Shown in pieces: positions 41,084-54,130 of a stretch of DNA of 64,000 nt. Location of the stretch: positions 131 to 64,130 of the forward strand of contig CAZJQC010000008.1 of NCBI GenBank assembly GCA_964548195.1, in the 5' to 3' direction. Made by a program: the position numbers and the translations under genes. This DNA is from an uncultured bacterium (GTDB taxonomy: Bacteria > Macinerneyibacteriota > Macinerneyibacteria > Macinerneyibacteriales > DSCS01). The number at the start of each line of letters is the position of its first letter. The stretch's first letter is position 1. The notes under the pieces are model-generated. The model saw only the letters and a list, made by a program, of their open reading frames with translations. It had not been told where the DNA came from and searched no databases.

Positions 41084-42231
41084 AGGCCGATCAACTCTCC
41101 CTTTATTTCATGGTATACCATTTCATCCATCTTTACAATATCATCATAACAGCCGGCGTTTTCCGTCATTGCGGAATATTTATCAAGATACTTCTCCAGA
41201 TATGCGTATATATCGGTAAATCCGATCCTCTTCTCAAGAAAAGCGTATACACATTCCTCATTTACCCTGTTAAAGGCTATCCTTGAGGCGTCTCCGCCCT
41301 GCAGCGCAAGACGGGCAAGCCGTATGCCGGGAAAAGAGGCGTGGTCTATTTCCCCGAAATCAAGCCGCGATACAGCGGCAAGGTCCAGCCGCTCCAATGA
41401 CGCGTACTCCCGTCGGGGATAGGTAAGCGCATATAGTATGGGAAGCCTCATATCCGGGACGCTGAGCTGCGCTGTCACCGACCCGTCGACAAACTCCACC
41501 ATCGAATGTATTATGCTCTGCCTGTGCATCAGTGTCCTGATACTGTCGCCGGGTATGCCGAACAAAAAAGAGGCTTCCATCAGCTCCAGCCCCTTGTTGA
41601 CAAGCGAAGCCGAGTCCACTGTGATCTTCGCGCCCATGTCCCAGTTGGGGTTTACAAGCGCCTGATCGGGGGTGACTGACGCGAGATCCGAGGGCGCCAT
41701 GTCCCTGAAGGCTCCACCGGAAGCTGTAAGTATAAGGCTTCTGACCTCTTCGCGGCTGCTGCTGCCGAGACATTGATGTATGGCGCAGTGTTCGCTGTCC
41801 ACGGGAATGATCTCGGTGGACCCGGCCCGGGCAAGGTCCATGAAACAATTCCCGCCCATCACCACCGTCTCCTTGTTGGCCAGCGCTATCCTGGAGGCGT
41901 TGCCCAATGCGGCGAACGAAAAACGGGCGCCGGCGCTGCCGGAGACTGCCGACACCACGGTATCACAGTCAACGGCCGCAGCCTCATATATGGCTTCTCC
42001 GGAAAACACCTCTTTTATGAAGGGAAACTTTCGCGTAATGAGCTCAGCATGCTCCGGAAGGATACAGCCCACATACTCCGGGGCAAGGACCTCTATCTGC
42101 TTCAACGCAGTATTTACGTTCCTACCGAACACCAGTGTCTTGCATCTGAAAGATCCGTCATGTCCGGCTATGACATCACAGGCAGAGCGCCCCACTGAAC
42201 CGGTGGATCCAATCAACGAAACTGACTTCAT
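41080..42231 (-). CDS. dxr: 1-deoxy-D-xylulose 5-phosphate reductoisomerase
   Basis: The N-terminal NADPH loop is LIGSTGSVG. The length is 383 aa. Confidence 0.95.
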   Translation of the reverse strand: MKSVSLIGSTGSVGRSACDVIAGHDGSFRCKTLVFGRNVNTALKQIEVLAPEYVGCILPEHAELITRKFPFIKEVFSGEAIYEAAAVDCDTVVSAVSGSAGARFSFAALGNASRIALANKETVVMGGNCFMDLARAGSTEIIPVDSEHCAIHQCLGSSSREEVRSLILTASGGAFRDMAPSDLASVTPDQALVNPNWDMGAKITVDSASLVNKGLELMEASFLFGIPGDSIRTLMHRQSIIHSMVEFVDGSVTAQLSVPDMRLPILYALTYPRREYASLERLDLAAVSRLDFGEIDHASFPGIRLARLALQGGDASRIAFNRVNEECVYAFLEKRIGFTDIYAYLEKYLDKYSAMTENAGCYDDIVKMDEMVYHEIKGELIGL

Positions 42232-42263
42232 ACGACCCTTTTTGAAGGTTCCGGAGGCAGTAT

Positions 42264-42479
42264 TTATTCCTCCACTTTTAGTTCTTTGCTGACACAGGGA
42301 ATGACTTTGCCGTTTATCACTTCCCGTATCGCCACGGTGGTGATCTTGTCTCCACGCGGATCCAATGTGGGCGCGTGGCCGTCATCGCTCAGTTGCCTGG
42401 CGCGTCTGAAAGCGAGGACGGTGCTTCTGTATACCGAACCCGTAGCTTTTACGAAATCTTCTATGGTGATTTTATTCAT
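42264..42479 (-). CDS. rpoZ: RNA polymerase omega subunit
   Basis: The length is 71 aa. The conserved RpoZ core is present. Confidence 0.85.
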   Translation of the reverse strand: MNKITIEDFVKATGSVYRSTVLAFRRARQLSDDGHAPTLDPRGDKITTVAIREVINGKVIPCVSKELKVEE

Positions 42480-43080
42480 CTAACCCCCCAGTGGTTTTTC
42501 TGAAAGTCCGGACAATACCTTCGATCCGATCGACAGCTTCGTCCAGGACATCGTTGATGACAAAATAATCGTAATTTTCCTTGGCAATACTAATCTCTTT
42601 TACAGCGTTTTTCAATCTTTTTTCCACTGTTTTTTCGTCATCTGTGCCGCGTAAACGAAGCCGCTTCTCCAGCACGTCCTGTCCGGGAGGCATAATGAAT
42701 ATAAGCAGTGTCCTGCCGGGGTATTTACGTTTGAGGTTTATGCCGCCCTGCACGTCAATATCGAACAGTATATCCTTGCCTTGCGACCACAGACGTTCGA
42801 TCTCCGACACCGGCGTGCCGTACAGATTGCCGTGCACCGAAGCCCACTCGGCGAAAGCGCCCGCGTCGGCCATCGACCTGAACCGTTCCTCGGACTCAAA
42901 ATAATAATGCACGCCGTCCGTCTCACCGGGCCGCGGCCCCCGCGTAGTGCAGGAAACTGAAACTTGAAAATTATCGTTTTTGCTCAAGATCCGCTTGACA
43001 ATAGTGGTCTTTCCGCCCCCGGAGGGAGCGGATATGACCACTAACAACCCTTCAGAACTCCTCTGATGTCTTTCCTTCAT
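42472..43080 (-). CDS. gmk: Guanylate kinase
   Basis: The P-loop is [10 protein letters not shown]. Confidence 0.95.
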   Translation of the reverse strand: MKERHQRSSEGLLVVISAPSGGGKTTIVKRILSKNDNFQVSVSCTTRGPRPGETDGVHYYFESEERFRSMADAGAFAEWASVHGNLYGTPVSEIERLWSQGKDILFDIDVQGGINLKRKYPGRTLLIFIMPPGQDVLEKRLRLRGTDDEKTVEKRLKNAVKEISIAKENYDYFVINDVLDEAVDRIEGIVRTFRKTTGGLDE

Positions 43081-43306
43081 ATCTCTGGATCAACGTCTCT
43101 GACTGAATCGCAGACAGGACCACGTGATTGCTGTCGGTAACCACGACGGCACGTGTTTTTTTGCCCTGTGTTGCGTCGATCAACAGACCATTCTCCTTAG
43201 CCCCTTCCTTAAGTCGCTTCATAGGTGCGGAAGACGGAGCAAGTATTGCGATGACTCTCTCCTTGGGAACTGCGTTCTTAAAACCGATGTTTAACAAATC
43301 TCCCAT
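43052..43306 (-). CDS. remA: RemA/DUF370 family regulator
   Basis: The protein starts [10 protein letters not shown]...[27 protein letters not shown], which matches RemA/YlzA closely. I trimmed the start to MGDLLNIGF. Confidence 0.85.
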   Translation of the reverse strand: MGDLLNIGFKNAVPKERVIAILAPSSAPMKRLKEGAKENGLLIDATQGKKTRAVVVTDSNHVVLSAIQSETLIQRYEGKTSEEF

Positions 43307-43320
43307 AAAAGACCTCCTTT

Positions 43321-44190
43321 CTACCACACATTCTGGATCTGTTCCCGTATCTTCTCCAGCTCTTCTTTCACCGTGATCACATGCCGGGCGATCTCAGAAT
43401 CCTTGCATTTAGAACCAACAGTATTTATCTCTCTGTTCATCTCCTGAAGCAGAAAGCTCAAGCGCTTTCCCTTTTCCGTCCTTTCATCGTCCAGGATATC
43501 GTCAAATGCCTCGCAATGACTGTCCAGTCTTACCATCTCTTCGGTAAAATCCTGGTTTTCGGCAAAATATGATATTTCCTTATAAAGCCTTGCCTCATCT
43601 ACAAAATCTTCCATCTTAAGTTTTTCTATTCTTTTTATCAGCAGATCACGATACGCATCCACACTTTTGGAGGGCAGCTTTCCGGCCGCCGCTATCTCCC
43701 GCCGTATAAGGGCCATGCGGTTCTGTATGTCACGTTTCAGCCGCTCCCCCTCCTTATCCGCGGAGGCGAGAAATTGTTCCATAAGCCGTTCGAGCTGTTC
43801 CAAAAACATATCCCAGCTCTCGTCGTCCATCTCCTTGTCCAGGCTCTCCACCGCATAGGGCAGTTTCATCAGGTCGCCTATGGCGATATTCAAGGGCAGT
43901 TCAAGCGACTCTATCTGCGAAAAATATGACCTTATCAGATCCCCGTTTATGGAGAGGTTCTCCTTCAGGTATTTTTGAGAAAACGCAAGCCTCGCCGTAA
44001 GGGTGACCTTTCCGCGCGATATTCTGCTTTTCAGGAACTTTTCAATATCCCATTTTCTGTTCAACAGATGTTCCGGCACCCTTAAGGAAGTCTCCAAATA
44101 CCGATTGTTTACCGAAGAAAGCATTAACTCGCACTCAAGGTAATCGGTTTTATAGAATAATCGTGAAAAGGCCGTCATACTTCGTAGCAT
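43321..44190 (-). CDS. yicC: YicC/YloC family protein
   Basis: The N-terminus MLRSMTAF is comparable to E. coli YicC MIRSMTAY. DUF1732-like sequence follows to the C-terminus. The gene order yicC-remA-gmk-rpoZ matches yloC-ylzA-gmk-rpoZ. Confidence 0.85.
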   Translation of the reverse strand: MLRSMTAFSRLFYKTDYLECELMLSSVNNRYLETSLRVPEHLLNRKWDIEKFLKSRISRGKVTLTARLAFSQKYLKENLSINGDLIRSYFSQIESLELPLNIAIGDLMKLPYAVESLDKEMDDESWDMFLEQLERLMEQFLASADKEGERLKRDIQNRMALIRREIAAAGKLPSKSVDAYRDLLIKRIEKLKMEDFVDEARLYKEISYFAENQDFTEEMVRLDSHCEAFDDILDDERTEKGKRLSFLLQEMNREINTVGSKCKDSEIARHVITVKEELEKIREQIQNVW

Positions 44191-44198
44191 AGATATAT

Positions 44199-44227
44199 AT
44201 TATACTATATAACCCGCTAATTGTCAA
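44199..44227 (-). promoter_or_regulatory. Perfect consensus promoter TTGACA-17-TATAAT for the yicC-remA-gmk-rpoZ operon, with the -10 ending 8 nt before the yicC ATG
   Basis: The minus strand reads GATTGACAATTAGCGGGTTATATAGTATAATATATATCTATG. Confidence 0.5.
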
Positions 44228-44254
44228 TCTCAGTAAATCAAAAGAAAAAAGAGG

Positions 44255-45019
44255 CTAAAACTGCAGTTCTATGCCCACAGGGCAATGGTCGGACCCGACG
44301 ACGCCGGCAAGGATAAAGGCGTCCCTCAGATTCCCCGAAAGTGCGGGATCCGCAAAAAAATAATCTATGCGCCACCCCACATTGCGCGCCCTGGCCCCGG
44401 TCTTGTAATCCCACCAGGTATATTTGTCCGGAGAGGGGTCAAAACGGCGAAACGTGTCAATATAACCGGCGTCCAGAAGCCTGTCTATCCACGCGCGCTC
44501 TTCGGGCAAAAACCCGGAGACATTCGCGTTGGCCTCCGGCCTGGCAAGGTCTATGGGCTTATGCGCCGTATTGACGTCTCCGCATATCACGACGCGCTCC
44601 CCCTTTTCCCTGCGCTCTTCAGCCGCCTCGAAGAGGGCGTCGTAAAACCTCATCTTGAAATCAAGTCTCTCCGGTGAGGCCTTGCCGTTTGGAAAATAGA
44701 CATTGAAGAGGGTGAACTCCCCGTATTCGGCGATCTGCACCCGGCCTTCCGCGTCAAACTCCCCGTTCCCCATGCCGGAAATGACACGCAGCGGCATTGA
44801 AGCCGTCCAGAGCCCGGTGCCGCTGTAACCCTTCCTCAATGCGGGGAAAAAAAAGGAACTGTAACCCTCTATATCCCTGAGCTCCAGCGGGATCTGCTCC
44901 TCCATGGCCTTGATCTCCTGCACGCACAGAACGTCCGGGGCATAATCAAGAAACCAGTCCAAAAAACCCTTGCGCCCGGCCGCCCTTATTCCGTTAACGT
45001 TCCAAGACAGTATTTTCAC
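44255..45019 (-). CDS. xth: Exodeoxyribonuclease III
   Basis: The N-terminus is MKILSWNVNGIRA. The length is 254 aa. Confidence 0.9.
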   Translation of the reverse strand: MKILSWNVNGIRAAGRKGFLDWFLDYAPDVLCVQEIKAMEEQIPLELRDIEGYSSFFFPALRKGYSGTGLWTASMPLRVISGMGNGEFDAEGRVQIAEYGEFTLFNVYFPNGKASPERLDFKMRFYDALFEAAEERREKGERVVICGDVNTAHKPIDLARPEANANVSGFLPEERAWIDRLLDAGYIDTFRRFDPSPDKYTWWDYKTGARARNVGWRIDYFFADPALSGNLRDAFILAGVVGSDHCPVGIELQF

Positions 45020-45026
45020 GTCTCTC

Positions 45027-45380
45027 CTAAAATGTTATGACTTCAAAACCGGAAAACAGATACCTTGACACGGCCGGATGGCCGCTCATGGAACCCGCGA
45101 TCTCGAGGCCCAGTTGTCCGGCAGCCTCGTATGAGCCGGTCTTTTTGCTGCATGCCATGCATACACAATCGATAAGACCCTCGGCGGCGGCCTCTCTGAA
45201 GAGCTCCGTAAAAGGCGCATCCCCTTTGCTGAACCCCTTCAGCAGCGCTGTCGCGGCCCCCTCGATGACGATCTTGACCTCTATGCCCGAAGTATGCATG
45301 TCAAGGGCATTCAGCAACACATGGGAAAAGCATGCGATATCCCCGTTGAATGCGAACAAGGCTATTTTCTTCCGCTGCAT
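45027..45380 (-). CDS. DsrE/DsrF-like family protein
   Basis: The length is about 117 aa from MQRKKIALFAF. The DsrE-like fold pattern is present with conserved Cys. Confidence 0.55.
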   Translation of the reverse strand: MQRKKIALFAFNGDIACFSHVLLNALDMHTSGIEVKIVIEGAATALLKGFSKGDAPFTELFREAAAEGLIDCVCMACSKKTGSYEAAGQLGLEIAGSMSGHPAVSRYLFSGFEVITF

Positions 45381-45446
45381 AATGACCTCCGATGAGATTG
45401 TATTGTTATTTAATATAATCCACCGGACGGGCGGCCGCAAGAAATT

Positions 45447-46826
45447 TCACTCTTTTATTAAAAAAATGTGAATATCGCAGACATTGGTGTTCGTCGGCCC
45501 CGTTTTCAGCAGACCGCCCAACGCGTCGAAAAAGTGGTAGGAATCGTTGTCGGCAAGATAAGCCGATACGCTCATACCACCCGCAGCCGCGCGGTCCAGC
45601 ATATCCGCGTAAGCGAATGCTCCCGCGGCGTCCGTGGGGCCGTCGTTTCCGTCGGTGGACGCCGAAAGGAAAAAGACGCCATCCGCTTCGGCCGGTGATT
45701 TCGACATCTGTTCCAGCACCGACAACGCCATTTCCTGATTCCTTCCCCCTTTTCCCCCGCCGCGAAGGGTGACAGTGGTCTCCCCTCCCGCGATAAGGCA
45801 TACCGGCTTTTTAGCGAGAAGGCCCCTCCGTCTCACATCCTTGGCAATGCCGTAAAGCACTTTTCCCGTCTCTCTCGCCTCGCCGATGATCTGGGAAGAG
45901 AGTATGACCGGATGGTAACCCGCCTTTTCGGCCGAAGCCGCGCAGGTTATAAGGCTTTGATAGTTTGTCCCTATCAGTATGTTGCTGACGGCTTTAAAGA
46001 CGTCGCTTCCCGGGGAAGGAGTGTCCTGCACAAGCCCTTCCAGCCCGGCCTTGAGAAGTTTAGCCACGGCCGCAGGCAGACGCGACTCAAGCCCGTATTT
46101 TTCCACCACCGCCTGCGCATCCTCAAAAGAAGTCGGGTCGCCCGTCGTCGGCCCTGAGGCGATCGCGTCAAGATCGTCACCCACCACGTCGGAAAGTATC
46201 AGATTGAGAGAGGACGCGGGATATATCAGTTCGGCCAGGCGGCCGCCCTTCATTGCAGAGCAATGTTTGCGTATGCAGTTCACTTCGTTTATGGTCGCCC
46301 CGCTTTCCAGCAGCAGCGCTGTGGTCTCCTGCTTGTCCTGCAGAGACAATGCAATGCCCGCCGCCTTGACGGGAGCAGGCATCAAAGCGGAGCCGCCGCC
46401 GGATATCAATGTTATGACAAGCGTGTCAGCATCCGCCCCGGAAGCCATGTCGGCAATGAGCCTTGCAGCCCTGACGCCGTTTTCATCCGGTATCGGATGG
46501 CCCGACTGTATGGTACTTATCACTTCAAGTGGAGCCGTATGGCCGTATTTCACGGAGATGACGCCTTCGGTGATCCTGTCCTTCAGTATCGCCTCTATGG
46601 CCGCTGCCATGTTGGCCGTCGCCTTTCCCGCCCCGATCACAAATATGCTTTTATAGTCGTCCAGGTCGAATGTAAGGTCGTATCCGGGGTCCCGGACCTG
46701 AAGTATGTTTCCGGAGCGTTTGACATTATCCAGTATCATCTGAAAGGGATCGGCCCTTTTTACTCCGGAGAGAAAAATATCCCTGAGGTCGCCGACAGGA
46801 TCACGCATCTCCGTCCTCCTTTTCAA
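45447..46826 (-). CDS. Glycerate 2-kinase (MOFRL/DUF4147 family)
   Basis: The motif IFVIGAGKATANMAAA is present and the protein has MOFRL family architecture. The start may be a few codons downstream. Confidence 0.8.
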   Translation of the reverse strand: MKRRTEMRDPVGDLRDIFLSGVKRADPFQMILDNVKRSGNILQVRDPGYDLTFDLDDYKSIFVIGAGKATANMAAAIEAILKDRITEGVISVKYGHTAPLEVISTIQSGHPIPDENGVRAARLIADMASGADADTLVITLISGGGSALMPAPVKAAGIALSLQDKQETTALLLESGATINEVNCIRKHCSAMKGGRLAELIYPASSLNLILSDVVGDDLDAIASGPTTGDPTSFEDAQAVVEKYGLESRLPAAVAKLLKAGLEGLVQDTPSPGSDVFKAVSNILIGTNYQSLITCAASAEKAGYHPVILSSQIIGEARETGKVLYGIAKDVRRRGLLAKKPVCLIAGGETTVTLRGGGKGGRNQEMALSVLEQMSKSPAEADGVFFLSASTDGNDGPTDAAGAFAYADMLDRAAAGGMSVSAYLADNDSYHFFDALGGLLKTGPTNTNVCDIHIFLIKE

Positions 46827-47511
46827 GATACTCCTCGGCCCGCCTGATATTCTTTTTTATGACGGGGTTGTCCGTAAACACGCCGGCGGCTTGAAAATAT
46901 TTCAGGGCTTCCTTATGCCGGCCCATCACGTTCATCAGTATCGTGCCTATATTGTTCAGGGCTATAAAATTGGTATCGTCCTTTTCAGCCGCGTCCTTAA
47001 AGAGCGACAAAGCCTGTTCGTATTTTTTTTCATACATCAGCGCGGAGCCCTGTTCCGCCATTCTGTAGGATGATCCCACTGTCTGATATTTATCGGGATC
47101 GCCGCAAACGGCTATGCGTCTTTCCATCAGCGTCTTTTCGCCTTCCGGCCCATCGGACAAGGCCCTGCCGTACCATTCCATGGCTTTTTCCCTTTTGCCC
47201 CAGAGATAGTAGAGGTCGCCCATGGTCCTCAGCAGTCCCGGATGCCCTTCAGAGACGGCGCCCGTGAGATATTTTTCGGCCTCATCATATCTGCGCAGCG
47301 CGATGCATGTCAGTCCCATATTATAGACCATGCCGGTGTCGCCGGGATTGAGGTCGCAGAACTTTCTGAAACTCTCATACGACCTTTTGAAATCGCCCGT
47401 CACAAAAAAGTTCAGAGCCCGTCTTTTCAGCAAAGCGGACCTTATCATGTTTAACGGCATAAGACCTCCGGGGTGCCGCAACCGCGGCACCCTGAAAAAC
47501 ATATCAGACAA
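46801..47511 (-). CDS. TPR-repeat protein
   Basis: There are several 34-aa TPR-like repeats. The start is uncertain, with an alternative at MPLNMIR (47460). Confidence 0.6.
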   Translation of the reverse strand: MSDMFFRVPRLRHPGGLMPLNMIRSALLKRRALNFFVTGDFKRSYESFRKFCDLNPGDTGMVYNMGLTCIALRRYDEAEKYLTGAVSEGHPGLLRTMGDLYYLWGKREKAMEWYGRALSDGPEGEKTLMERRIAVCGDPDKYQTVGSSYRMAEQGSALMYEKKYEQALSLFKDAAEKDDTNFIALNNIGTILMNVMGRHKEALKYFQAAGVFTDNPVIKKNIRRAEEYLEKEDGDA

Positions 47512-48859
47512 ACAACCCGATCACAGCCACTGCTATGATTGAGACGATGCCCTGCAGCAGCGTCGCCGTCGTATACGCGCGGTAAGCGACCGGCACCTCC
47601 ATGTCTGAAAACTGTGACACCACCCAGAAATAGGAATCGTTCGCATGAGACACGGTCATGGAACCCGCGCCTATCGCGAGCACGGTGAGAGCCGGGTTCA
47701 GTCCGAGAGTGGCCATCAGCGGAGCCATGATGGACGATGTCGTGATTATAGCCACTGTGGAAGAGCCCTGGGCTGTTTTCAAAGCCGCAGCTATGATAAA
47801 CGGGAGGAAAATGCCGAGATTCCAGCCGGACATGTTTTCGCCCAGAAAACCGGACATGGGCGATGCCTTCAGTATGGCGCCGAACGCGCCGCCCGCGCCT
47901 GTGATGGCAAGTATAAGCGCGGCATGTTTTACGCCGTCATTCATCCACCCGTGGACCGCTTCTCCCAGCGATTCCTTTTTCACCAGGAAGAGGGCGAGGA
48001 ACACGCCTATCAGCAGAGCCGTCACGGGATCGCCTATGAACTGCAGTATATTGGACAGGCCGCCCTCTGGAATAATGTTCAGTTTCGGGTTTGAGAGCGA
48101 TTTAAGGAGTATAAGGACGATCGGGATCATGAGGGGCATGAATGATATGAGGGGTGAGGGAAGTTTTCCGTATTTCTCCATCAGCGTATCATAGCTTTCT
48201 TCAAGCACCGGTTTTATCATGTATTTTTTTGCAAAGAGCACAGCCCAGAGATAGCCCGCGATCATCGCGGGTATTGAGACCAATATGCCCAGTCCGATGA
48301 CGCGCCCCAGCTCCGCGCCCAGTATGCCGGCGGCGGCTATGGGGCCGGGCGTCGGCGGGACAAGGCAATGGGTCGCATACAATCCCGTCGCAAGAGCCAC
48401 GGCCATCACGGCCATCGATTTATCTGTCTTCTGCGCCAGAGCCTTGTTCAGAGGGGTGAGTATCACATAGCCTGAATCGCAGAAAACCGGTATGGAGACC
48501 ACATATCCGGCAATACTCATGGCAAGCGGAGACCTTTTTTTGCCTACGACCTTGAGTATGGCGTTGGTCATCGAGATGGCCCCGCCCGTCTTTTCGAGTA
48601 TCGTGCCGATGATAGTGCCCGCCACTATCACTATACCTATGTAGCCCAGCGTGCCGCCAAAACCGCTGCGTATTTTTTCAATAATAGAGTTGAGGGGCAT
48701 GCCCACAAAAAGGCCATACAGAAAAGCCACGAGAAGCAAGACCACAAACGCATTCATCTTGAACTTGGACGTGAAAAAGATGATGATAAAGACAGCTGCT
48801 ATCAAATATAATACCGCAAGACCGCCTGAGACCATAAGACACCTCCTTGTATATCTCAA
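47504..48859 (-). CDS. GntP-family permease (gluconate/glycerate:H+ symporter)
   Basis: The N-terminal region aligns to E. coli GntP (FKMNAFVVLLLVAF...GMPL). The start may be at MVSGG (48835). Confidence 0.85.
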   Translation of the reverse strand: MRYTRRCLMVSGGLAVLYLIAAVFIIIFFTSKFKMNAFVVLLLVAFLYGLFVGMPLNSIIEKIRSGFGGTLGYIGIVIVAGTIIGTILEKTGGAISMTNAILKVVGKKRSPLAMSIAGYVVSIPVFCDSGYVILTPLNKALAQKTDKSMAVMAVALATGLYATHCLVPPTPGPIAAAGILGAELGRVIGLGILVSIPAMIAGYLWAVLFAKKYMIKPVLEESYDTLMEKYGKLPSPLISFMPLMIPIVLILLKSLSNPKLNIIPEGGLSNILQFIGDPVTALLIGVFLALFLVKKESLGEAVHGWMNDGVKHAALILAITGAGGAFGAILKASPMSGFLGENMSGWNLGIFLPFIIAAALKTAQGSSTVAIITTSSIMAPLMATLGLNPALTVLAIGAGSMTVSHANDSYFWVVSQFSDMEVPVAYRAYTTATLLQGIVSIIAVAVIGLFV

Positions 48860-48955
48860 ATATATTGCGCTTTATATTATACGTAAAGCCCGGCTTCGAA
48901 GAATTTCTATTGCTCCCCGCCCGGCGCATGATATATTCTATCCGAAAGAGGTAAT

Positions 48956-50338
48956 ATGGAAAGAGAATACAAAGACCTTACCGGCGGCAACATACTCAAA
49001 CAACTGATAAGCCTGTCCCTGCCGATAATGGCCACATCGTTCATGCAGATGGCATACAACCTTACGGACCTGATATGGATAGGGCGGCTTGGAAGCGGAG
49101 CGGTGGCTTCTATCGGCACTGCCGGATTTTTCGTATGGTTCGGCAATGCTTTGCTCTTTTCCACAAAAATAGGCGCTGAAGTGAAGGTGTCACAGGCGCT
49201 GGGTTCCGGCGACACAGCCTCCGCTTCAGGTTTCGGCGGCGCCTCACTGCGGTCGGCGTTTTTCATATCCCTGGCCTTCGGGGCATTGCTGTTCGTTTCG
49301 GCGGGATCGCTTATGGGTTTTTTTGACCTGGGCACCCTTAACGGCTTTGACGTAAGCGGACAAGGCACCGCTTATCTCAGGATCATGGGGCTGGGCTCCG
49401 TTTTCATCTTTTCAAACCCGACTTTTACCGGCATATACAACGGAGCGGGGGACAGCAGGACCCCGTTTAAAATAAATGCGATCGGCCTGGCGACAAATCT
49501 TGTCCTTGACCCCCTGCTCATATTCGGCCTGGGGCCGCTTAAGGGGACGGGCGTTTACGGCGCCGCCGTGGCAACGGTATTCTCACATGCGCTGGTCACA
49601 TCGCTGTTCATATTTAAATCCGGGAAAAACGATCTTTTTGCGTTACGTCATATGCTTAAAAATGCAGACAGAAACAAATCGGTACAGATAATGCGCATAG
49701 GACTACCCGTATCCGCTCAAAACATGCTTTTTTCCGTTTTTGCAATGATATTGGCAAAAATACTTGCGGTATGGGGCCCGATCCCCATAGCCGTTCAGAG
49801 GGTGGGCTCACAAATAGAAGCCATATCCTGGATGACGGCGGGCGGATTTTCCACGGCGCTGGGCAGCTTTGTGGGTCAGAATTTCGGCGCGGGCCACACG
49901 GACCGCATCTCCAGGGGTTACGCCACATCGATCGCGATCATGGCTGTGGTCGGGAGCGCGGCCTCTTTATTGCTTATATTCGCGGGGGAGCCTATTTTCA
50001 GGATATTCATAAACGAACCGGCCGTGGTAGCCGAAGGGGTCACCTATCTCAGGATACTGGGATATTCACAGCTGTTTATGGCCCTGGAAATAACCACGGC
50101 GGGAGCGTTTAACGGCATGGGCCGCACGCTTATACCCGCCACGGTAAGCATCATATTCACCGGACTCAGGATCCCGGCGGCCCTTCTTCTCGGGGCCACC
50201 TCCATGGGAGTAAACGCGGTATGGTGGAGCGTGAGCGGAAGCAGCATCATCAAGGGCACCCTGCTGGTGACTCTTTTCATCATATTCATGAAAGCAGCGG
50301 CGGTCCGCCGCCCCCTGGAGAGCGGCGGATCCGTCTGA
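48956..50338 (+). CDS. MATE-family efflux transporter
   Basis: The MATE N-terminal box is ILKQLISLSLPIMATSFMQMAYNLTDLIWIGRLG. The protein has 12 TM segments. Confidence 0.85.
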   Translation: MEREYKDLTGGNILKQLISLSLPIMATSFMQMAYNLTDLIWIGRLGSGAVASIGTAGFFVWFGNALLFSTKIGAEVKVSQALGSGDTASASGFGGASLRSAFFISLAFGALLFVSAGSLMGFFDLGTLNGFDVSGQGTAYLRIMGLGSVFIFSNPTFTGIYNGAGDSRTPFKINAIGLATNLVLDPLLIFGLGPLKGTGVYGAAVATVFSHALVTSLFIFKSGKNDLFALRHMLKNADRNKSVQIMRIGLPVSAQNMLFSVFAMILAKILAVWGPIPIAVQRVGSQIEAISWMTAGGFSTALGSFVGQNFGAGHTDRISRGYATSIAIMAVVGSAASLLLIFAGEPIFRIFINEPAVVAEGVTYLRILGYSQLFMALEITTAGAFNGMGRTLIPATVSIIFTGLRIPAALLLGATSMGVNAVWWSVSGSSIIKGTLLVTLFIIFMKAAAVRRPLESGGSV

Positions 50339-52272
<1,934 letters not shown>

Positions 52273-53511
52273 AAACGGGAGACCCTTTGCCGATGATACA
52301 TTCTTCGTCTATAAGACATTTTGATATATTTTCCCGTTCGGGTATTTCATACATCAGATCCAGCATCACCGATTCCATGACAGATCTCAATCCCCTGGCT
52401 CCAAGCCCCTTGCTGATGGCCGTCTTGGCGACGGCATCCAAAGCGCCGGAAGTAAACTCAAGTTCCACGCCCTCCATATCAAAAAATTTCGCATACTGTC
52501 TTACTATGGAGTTTTTCGGTTCCGAAAGTATCCTGACCAAAGCCTTTTCATCCAGTTCATCAAGCACCGTGACTACCGGCATCCTGCCGACGATCTCCGG
52601 GATCAGGCCGTACTTCACCAGGTCTTCAGACTCCACGCTGCCGAGTACCTCCGCGTCATGTTTAAGCTCGGTATGCCCTTCCTTGAAAAATCCCACCGTC
52701 TTTTTCCCGAGACGCTGGGAGATGATGCGTTCAAGTCCGTCAAAGGCTCCGCCGCATATGAACAATATGTTCGTCGTATCCATCGATATGAACTGCTGAT
52801 ACGGATGTTTTCGCCCTCCCTGGGGAGGTATGTTGGAGACAGTGCCTTCGATTATCTTCAAGAGAGCCTGCTGCACGCCTTCACCGGAGACATCCCTTGT
52901 AATGGACGGGTTTTCCGATTTCCGGCTGATCTTATCGATCTCATCGATGTATATGATGCCTTTCTGAGCCCTGTCTATATCGAAATCGGCTTCCCGCAGA
53001 AGCCTCAGGAGTATGTTTTCGACATCTTCTCCGACATAACCGGCCTCTGTGAGCGTAGTGGCATCGGCTATGGCAAACGGGACATCCAATATTCTGGCCA
53101 GAGTCCTCGCCAGAAGGGTCTTTCCCGAACCGGTGGGGCCGAGCAGAAGTATATTGCTTTTATCCAGCTCTATGTCATCGCCGCCCACATTATGGAATAT
53201 TCTCTTATAATGGTTATATACCGACACCGAGAGCACTTTTTTCGCATCATCCTGTCCCACGACATATTCGTCAAGCAGCTGTTTTATGTGACGGGGTTTC
53301 ATCAGTTCAAAGGCTTTGGCCTCCGCCTGACGTATGATATTGTCGCCTGTAGTCTCTACCTCGCTCAGCTCAAGCATGAGGGAATCAAATTCCTCCACAC
53401 AGTTGTCGCATATGAATACGTCTGAATCTGTCTTGGAACGAAACATGCGTTCCACCTGTTCTATGTCAAGTCCGCAAAATGAACACTTGGGCTCCATATT
53501 CCCGCAACACC

Positions 53512-54093
53512 TTACCTCATGGTTATTATATCGTCGATAATACCGTATTTTTTCGCGTCTTCGGCCGAGAGAAAATGATCTCTGTCCGTATCGCGCTTGA
53601 TCCTGCTCATAGACTGTCCGGTGTGATGCACCAGTATGCCGTTCAACACCTCTTTCATATGCAGTATTTCCTTTGCATGTATCTCTATGTCCGCGGCCTG
53701 TCCCTCGACCCCGCCGAGAGGCTGATGTATCATCACTCTTGAATGGGGCAAGGCAAAGCGTTTTGACGAAGTGCCTGCGGCAAGGAGCACCGCCGCCATG
53801 CTGGCGGCCTGTCCCATGCATATGGTTGAAATAGGCGGTTTTACAAACTGCATGGTGTCGTATATGGCAAGCCCGGAAGTGACAATGCCGCCGGGCGAGT
53901 TAATATATATGTATATTTCCTTTTCGGAATCCTCAGCCTCAAGGAACAGCAGCTGCGCTATGATGGCATTCGCCACGTAATCGTCAATAGGCGCCCCCAG
54001 AAAAATGATCCGGTCTTTCAGCAGCCTGGAATATATATCGTACGCGCGCTCGCCCTTGCTGGTCTCTTCTATCACTATGGGTGTAAGGTTCAT
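53512..54093 (-). CDS. clpP: ATP-dependent Clp protease proteolytic subunit
   Basis: The N-terminus [25 protein letters not shown] matches the canonical ClpP N-terminus. The active-site Ser is in GQAASM. I trimmed the start from the longer ORF. Confidence 0.95.
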   Translation of the reverse strand: MNLTPIVIEETSKGERAYDIYSRLLKDRIIFLGAPIDDYVANAIIAQLLFLEAEDSEKEIYIYINSPGGIVTSGLAIYDTMQFVKPPISTICMGQAASMAAVLLAAGTSSKRFALPHSRVMIHQPLGGVEGQAADIEIHAKEILHMKEVLNGILVHHTGQSMSRIKRDTDRDHFLSAEDAKKYGIIDDIITMR

Positions 54094-54130
54094 CGTTTCA
54101 CCTCCCGCGAAAAACAACGGAATACCGCCG

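Noticed and set aside
53498-53821. 108-codon N-terminal extension of the clpX ORF ([11 protein letters not shown]...)
   Set aside because: The extension lies within clpP coding DNA in another frame. The conserved ClpX N-terminus begins at MEPKCSFCG (53497), which has its own RBS.
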